Assembly (NCBI GenBank): GCA_050011565.1
Contig: JBEKIW010000003.1
Coordinates: 1 to 64,000, forward strand
Direction of reading: 5' to 3'
Length of the DNA stretch: 64,000 nt
From: Dehalococcoidia bacterium
GTDB taxonomy: Bacteria > Chloroflexota > Dehalococcoidia > GIF9 > UBA5629
The notes beneath the pieces are model-generated. The model had not been told where the DNA came from. It saw only the letters and a program-made list of their open reading frames with translations, and did not search any database. A program made the position numbers and the translations under genes. Shown here piece after piece: positions 20,662-31,124 of this stretch. Position 1 is the stretch's first letter. Each line of letters opens with the position of its first letter.

Positions 20662-20779
20662 TTATGATAGCACAACCGATTTTATTTGTAAAGAGGGTGC
20701 CGCTTCAACTGCTTGACCGGTTATAATCGAAGTTAGGGCACTTGATACACTACCCTGTACCGTGTAAAATTAAGCTTAC

Positions 20780-21019
20780 ATGGTCCAGAAAAGTCAACGA
20801 ATCAAATGGGACGGGCTTGGAGTCCGGGCACTGCGGCAGCATATGAGGCTAACGCAGTCCAAGCTGGCCGAGGAGCTGGGCACCCGCCAGCAGACAATTA
20901 GCGAGTGGGAGACGGGCATGTACAGTCCGCGGGGAACTTCAGTCACGCTGCTGACCCTGGTAGCCGAACGCTCCGGTTTCAAATACTCGCCGAGGGCTAA
21001 GAAAGAGGCAATTGAGTAA
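20780..21019 (+). CDS. XRE-family HTH regulator
   Basis: LR...LTQ..LAEELG..QQTISEWETG. Confidence 0.9.
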   Translation: MVQKSQRIKWDGLGVRALRQHMRLTQSKLAEELGTRQQTISEWETGMYSPRGTSVTLLTLVAERSGFKYSPRAKKEAIE

Positions 21020-21097
21020 GAAGTGCAGCGGTTGCCTGCCGTCTAAGCAAAATTAAAATTTTTTACTAATTTATACACGTAATAGTGTAAATAGAAT

Positions 21098-22408
21098 ATG
21101 AAGATTACGGAAAGGCTTATCTCTCGCCTGTGGCAAAGCCACCTGGTAAAGTACCCAGTCACTGATACCGGCCAATGGCTTAACATAATTTTCCCGGGCA
21201 GGGTCAGCAACACCGGCGGCTGTGATTTCAAAGATGCCGTTTTTGCCGTGAACGGTCGCATAATAAGCGGAAATATCGAGGTCCATTCCAGGTCCAGCCA
21301 GTGGCACAGCCACGGCCATCATCAGAACTCGAAATACAATAATATAGTTTTGCATGTCGTCTGGCAGCTGGACAGCCAGACTCCCACACTGCTCCAGAAT
21401 GGCCGGGCCATCCCCACCATCTGCCTCGGCTCATTTATTGACAGCCCTCTAGACGAGCTAGCCCACTTGCCAACCAATGCCTCAAGCTCATGTGCCGCGG
21501 CCGGCACGTATTTAAATACTAATAGCCTGAACAAATTGCTCACTATCGCCGGAGTGAAAAGATTTAAGGCTAAGACAGCCTCGTTCCGCAAGGCATTAAA
21601 TAAAGAGGATGCCGGTCAGGTGGTTTACCAGGGCATAGCCAGAGCCCTGGGTTATGCTCAAAATGCCGGGCCGTGCCAGGAACTGGCCCGAAGGTTACCA
21701 GTAAGCAAACTGATAAAAAATGGTAAGCCTAAAGTAGATTTTTGTAATCAGGCGCTGCTTCTGGGACATGCCGGCTTATTGCCTTCTCAGCGGCACCGGT
21801 CAGTTAAAGAGAGGGAGGCAATTAAGTTGGAAAAGATATGGCAGTCCGCCGGCATAACCGGGACCATGAAAGCAGCTGACTGGTGCTTTTTCCGGGTTCG
21901 TCCTGACAACTTCCCCACCCGCCGCCTCGTTGCCCTGAGCTGCCTCATATCCCGTTATCATAAATCAGGCCTGCTTCGAGGTATTCTGAGACTGATAAAG
22001 AAAGCGCCCGCCGGTACTGAACGCCGCTGGCTAGAAGACGGTTTGGCGGTAGCCGGCCGCGGCTACTGGGAAAACCACTTCGATTTCGGTGTCACTACTG
22101 GCAGGGCCTCTGCCCTTCTCGGCTACGAAAAGGCATCGGCCATAGTCATAAACACCATACTTCCCTTCGCTGCCGCCTGGGCAGAACTAGACTCCGATCC
22201 AAAGCTCAAGAATAAAGCCGGCGAGATTTATGGCCGCTATCCCGGGACAGGAGACAACGAGCTAACCCGGTATATGAAGCAGCAGCTCAGGCTCAGGCCG
22301 GATATCCGTCTTGGCGCCTGCCAGCAGCAGGGGCTGATTCATATCTTCAACGCTTACTGCCGCCGCCGAAATTGCAGTCGATGCCCCGTGGCCCTTAGCC
22401 CAGGCTGA
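21098..22408 (+). CDS. DUF2851 family protein
   Basis: PG..N..G.DF, GNIEVH..SS.W..HGH, VLHVV, RP.NFP.RR, C-terminal YC...C..C. Confidence 0.8.
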   Translation: MKITERLISRLWQSHLVKYPVTDTGQWLNIIFPGRVSNTGGCDFKDAVFAVNGRIISGNIEVHSRSSQWHSHGHHQNSKYNNIVLHVVWQLDSQTPTLLQNGRAIPTICLGSFIDSPLDELAHLPTNASSSCAAAGTYLNTNSLNKLLTIAGVKRFKAKTASFRKALNKEDAGQVVYQGIARALGYAQNAGPCQELARRLPVSKLIKNGKPKVDFCNQALLLGHAGLLPSQRHRSVKEREAIKLEKIWQSAGITGTMKAADWCFFRVRPDNFPTRRLVALSCLISRYHKSGLLRGILRLIKKAPAGTERRWLEDGLAVAGRGYWENHFDFGVTTGRASALLGYEKASAIVINTILPFAAAWAELDSDPKLKNKAGEIYGRYPGTGDNELTRYMKQQLRLRPDIRLGACQQQGLIHIFNAYCRRRNCSRCPVALSPG

Positions 22409-23381
22409 GGCTGGGTACCACATCGACATCGCTGCCATCGACTTTGCCCAGCCGGTAGTGATAATAACCGCAGGCGGCAACCATAGCCGCATTATCGGTG
22501 CACAGGCCCGCAGACGGCATATTTATCGGCAGTTGTGAATTATTGATGACACAGTCACGCAGGGCTTTATTGGACGCCACACCACCGGAAAGCAATATCT
22601 GTTTTACTCCCATCTTTTCCGCCGCCTGAATGGTCTTTGTGGTCAGGACGTCAACCACAGCTTGCTGAAAGCTGGCTGCCGCCTCGGCCACACGCGCCGG
22701 GTCTGAAAAATCATTGTCCCTGACGAGGTGCAGCACCGCCGTTTTCAACCCGCTGAAGCTGAAATCGTTGGTTCCCTTAAGCCAGGCGCGGGGCAAAGAA
22801 AACGACGGTGTACTTCCGGCGGCTGCTTTCTCGATGGCCGGGCCGCCGGGGTAACCCAGTCCCAGAATTCTGGCTGCTTTATCGAAGGCCTCACCGGCGG
22901 CATCATCCCTGGTCCTGCCCAGCTTCTCAAATTGCCCGTGCCCGCTCATAAGCACCAGGTCGCTGTGCCCGCCGGAAACGATTAGACAGAGGCAGGGAAA
23001 CTCGGGTTTGTCTTTACTCAACCAGTTGGCATAGATGTGGGCTTCAAGGTGGTTGACACCGATTAGCGGCAAGCCATGGGCCACGGCGAGAGCTTTGGCT
23101 ACATTGACTCCGACCAGTAGCGAGCCGGCCAGACCGGGGCCGATGGTCACCGCCACAGCGCCTATCTCCTGCCAGCTTGCTTTGGCCTCGGCCATGGCGC
23201 TGTCCAGCACCGGCAAAATAGTTATCAGGTGCTGCCTGGAAGCCACCTCGGGGACAATGCCGCCGTAGCGACTGTGTATATCCACCTGAGAGGCAACGAC
23301 ATTCGACAGTATCTTATCCCCGTCTTCGACTATCGCCGCCGCCGTCTCATCGCACGAGGTCTCAATGCCCAGTATTTTCAC
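22395..23381 (-). CDS. tsaD: tRNA threonylcarbamoyltransferase
   Basis: [38 protein letters not shown]. Confidence 0.98.
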   Translation of the reverse strand: MKILGIETSCDETAAAIVEDGDKILSNVVASQVDIHSRYGGIVPEVASRQHLITILPVLDSAMAEAKASWQEIGAVAVTIGPGLAGSLLVGVNVAKALAVAHGLPLIGVNHLEAHIYANWLSKDKPEFPCLCLIVSGGHSDLVLMSGHGQFEKLGRTRDDAAGEAFDKAARILGLGYPGGPAIEKAAAGSTPSFSLPRAWLKGTNDFSFSGLKTAVLHLVRDNDFSDPARVAEAAASFQQAVVDVLTTKTIQAAEKMGVKQILLSGGVASNKALRDCVINNSQLPINMPSAGLCTDNAAMVAACGYYHYRLGKVDGSDVDVVPSLSLG

Positions 23382-23457
23382 ATTCAGGATTATATCACAA
23401 GCCTACAAAGCAGCTTGAAATTTAGCTTGTTGCAGAACTCCATCGGCTAAATGTATT

Positions 23458-23838
23458 TTAGCCTTTGAACATCAGAGGTAAACCGATAATCAAACCCACC
23501 CCGCCGGCCACAATAAATTTAATAAGCAGCGAAGTAGACTGCTCTGCTTCCGGCCTAAGCATAATAAATATAGGGCCGGCAACTATGCAAATCACTCCCA
23601 GCACAAACAGCACTGTCCCAAATTTTGCCCAGCCTGATGTTGGCTTGTGCTGTTTTACTGGTTGCCTTGCTCCCTGCCCGAATTGCGCGCCGCAGTTGGT
23701 GCAAAATCCGGATGATGAGGGCATCCATGCACCGCAACGCGGGCATGATGTGGTCAGAGGTGCACCGCATCCCGCACAGAACGGCTGGCCCCAATAATTT
23801 GACGTACCACACCTAGGACACATAAATACCTGCTGCAT
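23458..23838 (-). CDS. Double zinc-ribbon protein with two C-terminal TM helices
   Basis: CPRC, CAGC, CPRC, CTNC followed by two hydrophobic helices; ATG 23838 has a GGAG SD. Confidence 0.8.
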   Translation of the reverse strand: MQQVFMCPRCGTSNYWGQPFCAGCGAPLTTSCPRCGAWMPSSSGFCTNCGAQFGQGARQPVKQHKPTSGWAKFGTVLFVLGVICIVAGPIFIMLRPEAEQSTSLLIKFIVAGGVGLIIGLPLMFKG

Positions 23839-24064
23839 GGCTTCTCCGCTAGTTATACTCTCCAAATTATATGTCTCATGGTTGCTAAACACAATACTTT
23901 TAAGAGAAATTTTCTTTAGCGCCGATAGATACTCCCTGCCAATGTAGCCGCCACTCTTCTATCACGTGTTGTCATTTCACCGACCGTAGGTGCTATAATT
24001 CTAGTACGGCAAATTGAGGGCAGTTCTAATTTGCTAGGTAGACTAAACCATTGTAGAATATGTT

Positions 24065-24955
24065 ATGAGCAAAATGGATACGGGTACCTGGAAAGTTAAA
24101 AGCGGGTTAGCCCAGATGCTGAAGGGCGGCGTCATCATGGACGTGGTCACACCGCAGCACGCCAAGATAGCCGAAGACGCCGGCGCCTGTGCTGTTATGG
24201 CGCTGGAGCGCGTACCGGCCGATATCAGGGCTGCCGGCGGCGTGGCGCGCATGGCTGACCCGACCATAATCACCGCCATAATGGAAGCGGTAAGCATTCC
24301 GGTGATGGCTAAATGCCGCATCGGCCACTTTGTCGAGGCTCAGGTTTTGGAATCGCTGGGAGTCGACTACATCGACGAATCTGAGGTGCTGACACCTGCC
24401 GATGAAAGCCATCACATCTGGAAACATGATTTCAAAGTACCCTTCGTTTGCGGCTGCCGCGACTTAGGCGAAGCCCTGCGCCGAATTGCCGAAGGCGCCG
24501 CTATGATTCGCACCAAGGGTGAAGCCGGCACCGGCAACATCGTGGAAGCGGTGAGACACATGCGGGCAGTCCAAGATGGTATTCGCCGGCTGCAAGCTCT
24601 GCCCGTTGACGAGCTTACCACCGAAGCCAAAAACTTAGGCGCTTCACTGGAACTGGTACTGGAAATACACAAAACAGGTAAACTACCGGTAGTCAACTTT
24701 GCCGCCGGCGGTGTAGCCACACCAGCCGATGCCGCGCTCATGATGCAGCTCGGCGCCGAGGGCGTCTTCGTCGGCTCCGGCATCTTCAAGGCCAGCGACC
24801 CGGCTACAAGGGCCAAAGCTATCGTTAAAGCGACCACCCATTATCAGGACGCGGCGATTATCGCCGAGGTCTCCAAGGCGCTGGGCATAGCCATGCCCGG
24901 GGTGGACATAAAGACCATCCCGCCGGAACAATTATTGGCCACCAGAGGCTGGTAG
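24065..24955 (+). CDS. pdxS: Pyridoxal 5'-phosphate synthase, lyase subunit
   Basis: [26 protein letters not shown]. Confidence 0.98.
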   Translation: MSKMDTGTWKVKSGLAQMLKGGVIMDVVTPQHAKIAEDAGACAVMALERVPADIRAAGGVARMADPTIITAIMEAVSIPVMAKCRIGHFVEAQVLESLGVDYIDESEVLTPADESHHIWKHDFKVPFVCGCRDLGEALRRIAEGAAMIRTKGEAGTGNIVEAVRHMRAVQDGIRRLQALPVDELTTEAKNLGASLELVLEIHKTGKLPVVNFAAGGVATPADAALMMQLGAEGVFVGSGIFKASDPATRAKAIVKATTHYQDAAIIAEVSKALGIAMPGVDIKTIPPEQLLATRGW

Positions 24956-24956
24956 C

Positions 24957-25544
24957 GTGAAGATTGGTGTCCTGGCTCTCCAGGGAGCTGTGGCTGAACA
25001 TATACAGATGCTGTCCGCTTTAGGCGCCGAAGCCATCCCCGTCCGCTTACCCTCAGAACTCGATGGCTTGGATGCATTAATTATCCCCGGCGGAGAGAGC
25101 ACCACCATCAGCAAGCTGCTGTCTGACTACGGGCTCATGGGACCGATACGCCGGCTGGCTAAAAAAGGTTTCCCCATTTTCGGCACCTGCGCGGGCCTGG
25201 TACTGCTGGCTAAAAAAGTGCCCAATTTACAGATGGAATCCATTGGTATGATGGACATCAAGGTGGAACGTAATGCCTTCGGCCGGCAGGTAGACAGCTT
25301 CGAAGCCGACCTGAAAATACCCGCCCTGCATAACGGCACTTTCCACGGCATTTTCATTCGGGCGCCTATAATAGAAAAAGTCGAACGTGATGTTGAAGTC
25401 TTATGTCAACTAAATGGAAAACCGGTGGCGGTCAGGCAGGGCAAGCTGCTGGGCTGTACCTTCCATCCGGAACTTACCGATGATTTGAGGCTGCATAAGT
25501 ACTTCCTCGACATCGTTGCAGGAGATGGTGATTGCAAAAGGTAA
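24957..25544 (+). CDS. pdxT: PLP synthase glutaminase subunit
   Basis: LALQG, PGGEST, GTCAG, FHPE. Confidence 0.98.
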   Translation: MKIGVLALQGAVAEHIQMLSALGAEAIPVRLPSELDGLDALIIPGGESTTISKLLSDYGLMGPIRRLAKKGFPIFGTCAGLVLLAKKVPNLQMESIGMMDIKVERNAFGRQVDSFEADLKIPALHNGTFHGIFIRAPIIEKVERDVEVLCQLNGKPVAVRQGKLLGCTFHPELTDDLRLHKYFLDIVAGDGDCKR

Positions 25545-27025
25545 TTGCTGACGATTTAGATGCCCTGCTTGGCGTCCTGTCGCAGCATATTCGCCAGGCG
25601 CTTCTGGAGCAATCCGATAACAGCGAATTACTGGAAATAGTTATAGACCTGGGACGTCCACCGGAAGCCCGTTATCCGCACCAGGAAGTATTGCTGAGCC
25701 ACATCGAGGTCACCGACTCGGATATCGAGCATGTCGTCTCCCGCATCGGCTGCTTCAGCGGCGATAACCGTGCCGGCATCGAGCGCACGCTGCACCGGAT
25801 TTCCGCCATGCGCAACCGTGAAGGGCGAATCGTCGGCCTGACTCTCCGCGTGGGCCGGGCTATTTTCGGCACCGTGAAAATCATCCAGGACCTGGTCGAG
25901 TCAGGCAAAAGCGTGCTGCTGCTCGGCCGGCCCGGCATCGGCAAGACAACCATGCTGCGAGAGGTAGCCCGGGTTCTGGCTGATGACTTCAAGAAACGTG
26001 TTATTGTCGTCGATACCTCCAATGAGATCGCCGGCGATGGCGACATACCTCACCCCGCCATAGGCCATGCGCGGCGGATGCAGGTTCCAACTCCTACCTT
26101 GCAGCACGCAGTTATGATAGAAGCCGTGGAAAACCACATGCCAGAGGTCATCATCATAGATGAGATAGGCACCAGCCTGGAAGCTGAAGCCGCCCGGACT
26201 ATCGCTGAGCGCGGCGTCCAGCTAATCGGCACCGCCCACGGCAATACCCTGGATAACTTGATTGTGAACCCTACGCTATCCGACCTCATCGGCGGCATTC
26301 AGACAGTAACTTTGGGAGATGAGGAGGCACGCCGCAGACATACCCAGAAGTCAGTCCTGGAGCGCAAGGCGCCGCCCACCTTCGATATCGTCGTCGAAAT
26401 CCAGGAACGCGATAAAGTCACCATTCACTCCGATGTTGGCCAGGCGGTAGATGCCATCCTTCACGGCAGGACACAGGAAACTGAAGTACGCTGGTTTGAT
26501 GAAAACGGCGAAGTTAGACGTGACAAAGTGACAACCTCACATGCCCCCAAGAAGAAGGAAGCAGCGCCAAATAGGGAAACGCCCCGAATATACCTTTTCG
26601 GCATAAACCGCGCCAAGCTGGAGGAAGCGGCCAGGGAAAGAGGAGTCGCTCTGGAGATTACCTCGGACATCAAGCAGAGCAACCTCTTGCTCACCGCCAA
26701 GACCTATTACCATCGAAAGCCGCAGAAGATAAGAGATGCCGAGATGGCCGGCATTCCCATCTACGCCGTTAGAAGCAACAACCTGCCGCAGCTGAGACAA
26801 TGCCTCGATACCATATTTACACCGCAAAGAGAACCTCCGTCTTCAGCCTTAGCTGAAGCGGAGCAAGCCATTACCCAGGTTAAAGACGGCAAGGGACCAG
26901 TGGAACTGAGCCCGCAAAATGCCTACATCCGCCGTTTGCAGCATCTGGTGGCTGAACGCAACGGTCTGGCATCGCACAGCCTGGGCAAAGAGCCTAAAAG
27001 AAGAGTGCAAATTATCGAAGGCTAA
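25532..27025 (+). CDS. SpoIIIAA/Ycf45-like AAA ATPase with C-terminal R3H domain
   Basis: GRPGIGKT, DTSNEI, IIDEIG, TAHG; PQNAYIRRLQH R3H. Confidence 0.9.
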   Translation: MQKVIADDLDALLGVLSQHIRQALLEQSDNSELLEIVIDLGRPPEARYPHQEVLLSHIEVTDSDIEHVVSRIGCFSGDNRAGIERTLHRISAMRNREGRIVGLTLRVGRAIFGTVKIIQDLVESGKSVLLLGRPGIGKTTMLREVARVLADDFKKRVIVVDTSNEIAGDGDIPHPAIGHARRMQVPTPTLQHAVMIEAVENHMPEVIIIDEIGTSLEAEAARTIAERGVQLIGTAHGNTLDNLIVNPTLSDLIGGIQTVTLGDEEARRRHTQKSVLERKAPPTFDIVVEIQERDKVTIHSDVGQAVDAILHGRTQETEVRWFDENGEVRRDKVTTSHAPKKKEAAPNRETPRIYLFGINRAKLEEAARERGVALEITSDIKQSNLLLTAKTYYHRKPQKIRDAEMAGIPIYAVRSNNLPQLRQCLDTIFTPQREPPSSALAEAEQAITQVKDGKGPVELSPQNAYIRRLQHLVAERNGLASHSLGKEPKRRVQIIEG

Positions 27026-27206
27026 GACAGCCTTTTTGCCTTTGGCAGTAGGGACAGACCTTCAGAGGTTCTGCTCTAAAGTGGTTGCTACCTTATGATA
27101 TAATAATATCATGTGGTGGTCTAACATCCAAGAGTATCTCAAAGCTCATTGGCAATCCTCAGCAGATAAAGCCAATTCAATTATCTTTAAGTGATGGAAT
27201 AGGGGC

Positions 27207-28496
27207 ATGGGTTCTATTAGGAAATTCTTTAATAGGCATAAGTTGCTTCTTAGTATCCTTAGTCTTTTCTTTATCTTCCTACCTCAGTATATTGATTCAC
27301 TATGGGATTTGGCAGAAAAAATCTTGGGGCGGAGTATAACTGTGCCTAACGTTATGTGGATTTATTGGATTACAATTCCGCTTGCCATAATTATGGTTAG
27401 CTTGGTTATATGGGCTATAAAAAGTACAAAGCCCCTTGTGGTCGAAACCAAAACAGAGATAATTGGTAGAAGTGAACATCCTACCGATACGCTTACAAAA
27501 ATGCACCAGCGAATGATAGAGCTTAAAAAAGTTAGGCTTTCTCATAACATTAACCTGAAACAGTTTGAAAGCGTACTCCCCACACTAATGTACAAGCTTG
27601 GTTTAATAGAGTTAGGCAAGTGGGACGATACTGAAAAGAGTATTCGAAAGAGAATCAAGCGTGCAGTAGGTAAAAATCGGAAAGGAACAAGAAGTGCGTA
27701 TTTCAAAGCAATTTGTGAAGCCTCTAGGATAAAAAGGGAATGGCTTCAATCGCAGAATTGGACAATCCAAGATGGTCTTAAAATAGGTGAATGGCTAGAT
27801 GGATATAATTGGGGGCTTAGAGAACTTCGGGACAATGACACACAATGGAACGAATTATGGGAATCAATCAAGCCTTATCTATTGGATAGTAAATTGCGTG
27901 AGTTAATCGAAAAACACATTAACCTTTCATACGTTTACTCTAGTACGTTATTGGTAGATGACTATTCAAAAAAATACCCAAGAAGTATACGCCTCTTGAT
28001 GCTACATGAGACATTAGTGGGAAGCCCTATTAATCCAGTAAAGGTTGAATTTGCCTTGAGCGAAGTATTGGCTGAGATTAAAGAACAAATGGGCATGTTA
28101 GGTCAGGGGGAAAAGGAACTACCGATACTATCTTCAAATTCCTCAATGAGGTCTCCAGTCACTAATAAACTCAAATTTGTTGTACAGAAAATCACAGAAG
28201 CAATGCAAATAACTCCAAAAGGTAATGATATAACCGTTCATCTACCTCAGACTTTTCTATATATGGTAAACATTGATGAGCTGTACAATATACTGCTAAA
28301 ATTTCAAAATGACGATAAGATACTCAGAATAAAATACTTCCCAGAATACTTGTTGTCTACTTTCCCTCATAAGTTTACCAAAGAAACGTTAGATGAGCAT
28401 ATACTTGATTATGCAGACCCAAACAGGAGACAATTTAGAGTTAAAACGAATAAAAAAAGGTTTGATGACTTTGCAAAACAGCTAGGAGCATCTTAA
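27207..28496 (+). CDS. Hypothetical cargo protein with two N-terminal TM helices
   Basis: 429-aa AT-rich ORF; hydrophobic segments at about aa 13-26 and 50-70; no family recognised. Confidence 0.8.
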   Translation: MGSIRKFFNRHKLLLSILSLFFIFLPQYIDSLWDLAEKILGRSITVPNVMWIYWITIPLAIIMVSLVIWAIKSTKPLVVETKTEIIGRSEHPTDTLTKMHQRMIELKKVRLSHNINLKQFESVLPTLMYKLGLIELGKWDDTEKSIRKRIKRAVGKNRKGTRSAYFKAICEASRIKREWLQSQNWTIQDGLKIGEWLDGYNWGLRELRDNDTQWNELWESIKPYLLDSKLRELIEKHINLSYVYSSTLLVDDYSKKYPRSIRLLMLHETLVGSPINPVKVEFALSEVLAEIKEQMGMLGQGEKELPILSSNSSMRSPVTNKLKFVVQKITEAMQITPKGNDITVHLPQTFLYMVNIDELYNILLKFQNDDKILRIKYFPEYLLSTFPHKFTKETLDEHILDYADPNRRQFRVKTNKKRFDDFAKQLGAS

Positions 28497-28528
28497 TTTG
28501 GTCAATTTATACAAGGTGATGTTAGCCG

Positions 28529-29554
28529 ATGAATTGTAAATATTGTAACTCCACAAACATCAAGAAGTTCGGTACTTTCAACGGAATACAGCGTTATTAC
28601 TGCAATGACTGTAAACGCAAGTTTGTACCGAATACCGCTTTGCCCTATATGCAAACTCCAGTAGAGCAAGTGGCTCTAGCGTTGAGCTTATATTATGACG
28701 GCTTATCGTTGAACGCTATCCGGCGAAACCTCAAACAAGCCTATGGCAATTATCCTTCGGATTCCACAGTCTACGGATGGATAACACGATTCACTAAAGA
28801 AGCCATAGAAAAGACAAAAGACATCAAGCCAGAGTTAGGTGAAGTCTGGCTTGCCGATGAAACCGTTATTGAGATAGACGGAGTAAAGCATTGGCTCTGG
28901 GACATCATAGACATCAAGACCAGATTTCTTGTGGCATCGCATATTTCGCTCAAAAGAACAGTAGACGATGCAATTATGCTGATGCACAAGGCAAATCGAA
29001 GAGCGGGCAAATATCCTAAGGTGATTATGACCGATAGTTTAAATGCCTACTTAGACGGAATATCGCTAACATACGGAAACCAGACGAGACATCTACGTGT
29101 AAAGAAGTTTACAGTAAAGCCTAACAACAACATCATTGAACGACTACAGGGTACTATCAAAGGCAGAACAAAGGTTATGCGTGGCTTAAAGAGTTATGAG
29201 ACCGCTAAACTAATCATGGAAGGCTTCGGTGTGCATTACAACTTTATAAGACCGCATGAATCGTTAGAAACGGCGACCGACAAATATGTTACGCCAGCGG
29301 AAAAAGCAGGCGTGAATTTACCATGTGAAGATTGGTTGAAAATGATTAGGTTTACCCAAAAGCCTAGTGTCAGCACTGCATTCTTTGCACCAATAGCCCG
29401 CAGACCATTGCCCTTAACAAGAGAGCAAGTTATCCGCAAAAAAGAGCGTGAAAAGAAACGTAAAACTAGGGCAAGACAATATAGAATCAGAAATGAAGCT
29501 ATTCCTAGCCTGAGACAAATAATCGTTGCACAACATACACGAAGGATAAAATGA
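28529..29554 (+). CDS. DDE transposase, IS6-like, with N-terminal zinc ribbon
   Basis: CKYC...CNDC, HTH, W.ADET, W..ID..TR, TD...Y, NN.IER. Confidence 0.9.
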   Translation: MNCKYCNSTNIKKFGTFNGIQRYYCNDCKRKFVPNTALPYMQTPVEQVALALSLYYDGLSLNAIRRNLKQAYGNYPSDSTVYGWITRFTKEAIEKTKDIKPELGEVWLADETVIEIDGVKHWLWDIIDIKTRFLVASHISLKRTVDDAIMLMHKANRRAGKYPKVIMTDSLNAYLDGISLTYGNQTRHLRVKKFTVKPNNNIIERLQGTIKGRTKVMRGLKSYETAKLIMEGFGVHYNFIRPHESLETATDKYVTPAEKAGVNLPCEDWLKMIRFTQKPSVSTAFFAPIARRPLPLTREQVIRKKEREKKRKTRARQYRIRNEAIPSLRQIIVAQHTRRIK

Positions 29555-30324
29555 ATCTGTTAGATGAAATAAATAGATTTGAAGGTATGTTATCGGAAGC
29601 CTTGCAATATAAATATGATAGGTCATTTACGAGTCTATCCTCGGAACAACGGGGAGAGCTTATTAAAATACTTCCTGTAAAACAGATGAATATTCGTGAT
29701 TTCTACAAATTATATTTAGTGAATTTAACGAAAGGAATATATCCAAAAGAAAGACTCCCAAAACTAATCGCTCAGTTATTTGATATTAAGATACAGTTAT
29801 TCTGCATTATGGAGTTAGACATTGGGCTGTATAACCACCTTATTTATGACCTGGGTTTTGATAAAAACAGCATAGATAAGTGCCCTTATATAGCGCTTCG
29901 GAAGATTTCTCTTGACCAAACTATGATAGTAAAGAGTCGAATTTTGTGGGAGAGAATCATGAACTTTATATATTGTCTGGAAACGGGCAAAGACTTAGGA
30001 GATAGAAAATCCAAGAAGACACATTTTTTCCAATTCATTGAGAACACAAAATGGGCATATCTTGAAGACTACAAGCAGTACATCTATCGGTTTGATGATA
30101 AGCTAAGGACATCCGAGGTTCACGAAGGTTCAATGCTACGGAAATATTTTCAACAAGAATTGCTGGGTACTGCACACGAACTGGAAAGAATAAATGGATT
30201 AGTAAATATCGTGATGAATGCCATATGGATTAACCTACTGAGCATCATTCAGGGAAAGGAACCTAGCAGCAGATTTTGGACTATCGAAATGGAAGGACTT
30301 GCGAAAGAACCTAAACTAGATTAG
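29551..30324 (+). CDS. Hypothetical cargo protein, putative HEPN-domain RNase
   Basis: Helical-looking protein with R-x4-H (RTSEVH) in the C-terminal third; ATGA overlap with the transposase stop. Confidence 0.6.
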   Translation: MNLLDEINRFEGMLSEALQYKYDRSFTSLSSEQRGELIKILPVKQMNIRDFYKLYLVNLTKGIYPKERLPKLIAQLFDIKIQLFCIMELDIGLYNHLIYDLGFDKNSIDKCPYIALRKISLDQTMIVKSRILWERIMNFIYCLETGKDLGDRKSKKTHFFQFIENTKWAYLEDYKQYIYRFDDKLRTSEVHEGSMLRKYFQQELLGTAHELERINGLVNIVMNAIWINLLSIIQGKEPSSRFWTIEMEGLAKEPKLD

Positions 30325-30411
30325 CTTCACAAAACATAATAGGAGGGGCTACCCTTATGAGTTTTGCAACAGGTTATAAGAAGATTAAAACAACCACTTC
30401 CGAGCAGAACC

Positions 30412-30456
30412 CCTTCAGGTCTGTCCGCTTTGGACAGGTCTAAAGACCTGTCCCTA
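30412..30456. repeat. Right part of a GTAG-type REP doublet split by the element (left part 27048..27066)
   Basis: Rejoined: gtagggacagacc-ttca-ggtctgtcc gcttt ggacaggtc-taaa-gacctgtcccta. Confidence 0.8.
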
Positions 30457-30485
30457 TATTGTCTTATAATTAGAGAGGCAAAACC

Positions 30486-31124
30486 TTGAGTTTATTTATC
30501 ACCCTTGAAGGCGCCGAAGGCTGCGGCAAGAGCACTCAAGCTCGAGCTCTGTGGCAAAGGCTTGTCCGGCGTGGCATACCCGCGGTGCTGACACACGAGC
30601 CCGGCGGCACGGCGCTGGGCAACCGGTTAAGGTACGTGCTTAAAAGAAGGCTTCAGGATAAAATTTCTGCACTGGGCGAGCTATTTCTGTTTGCCGCCTG
30701 CCGCGTACAAATCGTAAACGAAGTGATTCGTCCCGGCCTGGAACAGGGCAAAGTAGTCATCTGCGACCGTTTCTCCGACTCCACCATCGCCTATCAGGGC
30801 TACGGCCGCGGACTGAACCTCGAGACCATTGAAGATATTAACGACCTGGCTACGGAAGGGATAAAGCCCGACCTCACCATATTATTGGACATACCCGCCC
30901 GGAAGGGGCTGAGCCGCAAACAATCGAGGTCAAACGACCGCTTCGAGGCCGAAAATATCACCTTTCATCACAAAATCAGAGACGGCTACCTGAAGTTAGC
31001 TGCCGGGGAGCCGGAGCGGTGGCTGGTAATAGACGCTACCATGCCCCGAGCCGAAATCGGTAAAATTGTCTGGAACAGGGTTAGCCATCTACTTCAGGCG
31101 GAAAAAGTTACGAGGCATGTCTAA
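30486..31124 (+). CDS. tmk: Thymidylate kinase
   Basis: FITLEGAEGCGKSTQ, EPGG, DRF..ST.AYQG. Confidence 0.97.
   Translation: MSLFITLEGAEGCGKSTQARALWQRLVRRGIPAVLTHEPGGTALGNRLRYVLKRRLQDKISALGELFLFAACRVQIVNEVIRPGLEQGKVVICDRFSDSTIAYQGYGRGLNLETIEDINDLATEGIKPDLTILLDIPARKGLSRKQSRSNDRFEAENITFHHKIRDGYLKLAAGEPERWLVIDATMPRAEIGKIVWNRVSHLLQAEKVTRHV

Larger units (their letters stand above)
27067..30411 (+). mobile_element. Cargo-carrying IS6-like element (about 3.35 kb)
   Basis: TIRs ggttctgctctaaagtggttg (27067-27087) and caaccacttccgagcagaacc (30391-30411), 19/21 match; flanks ccttcaga / ccttcagg; central DDE transposase; AT-rich interior. Confidence 0.9.
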
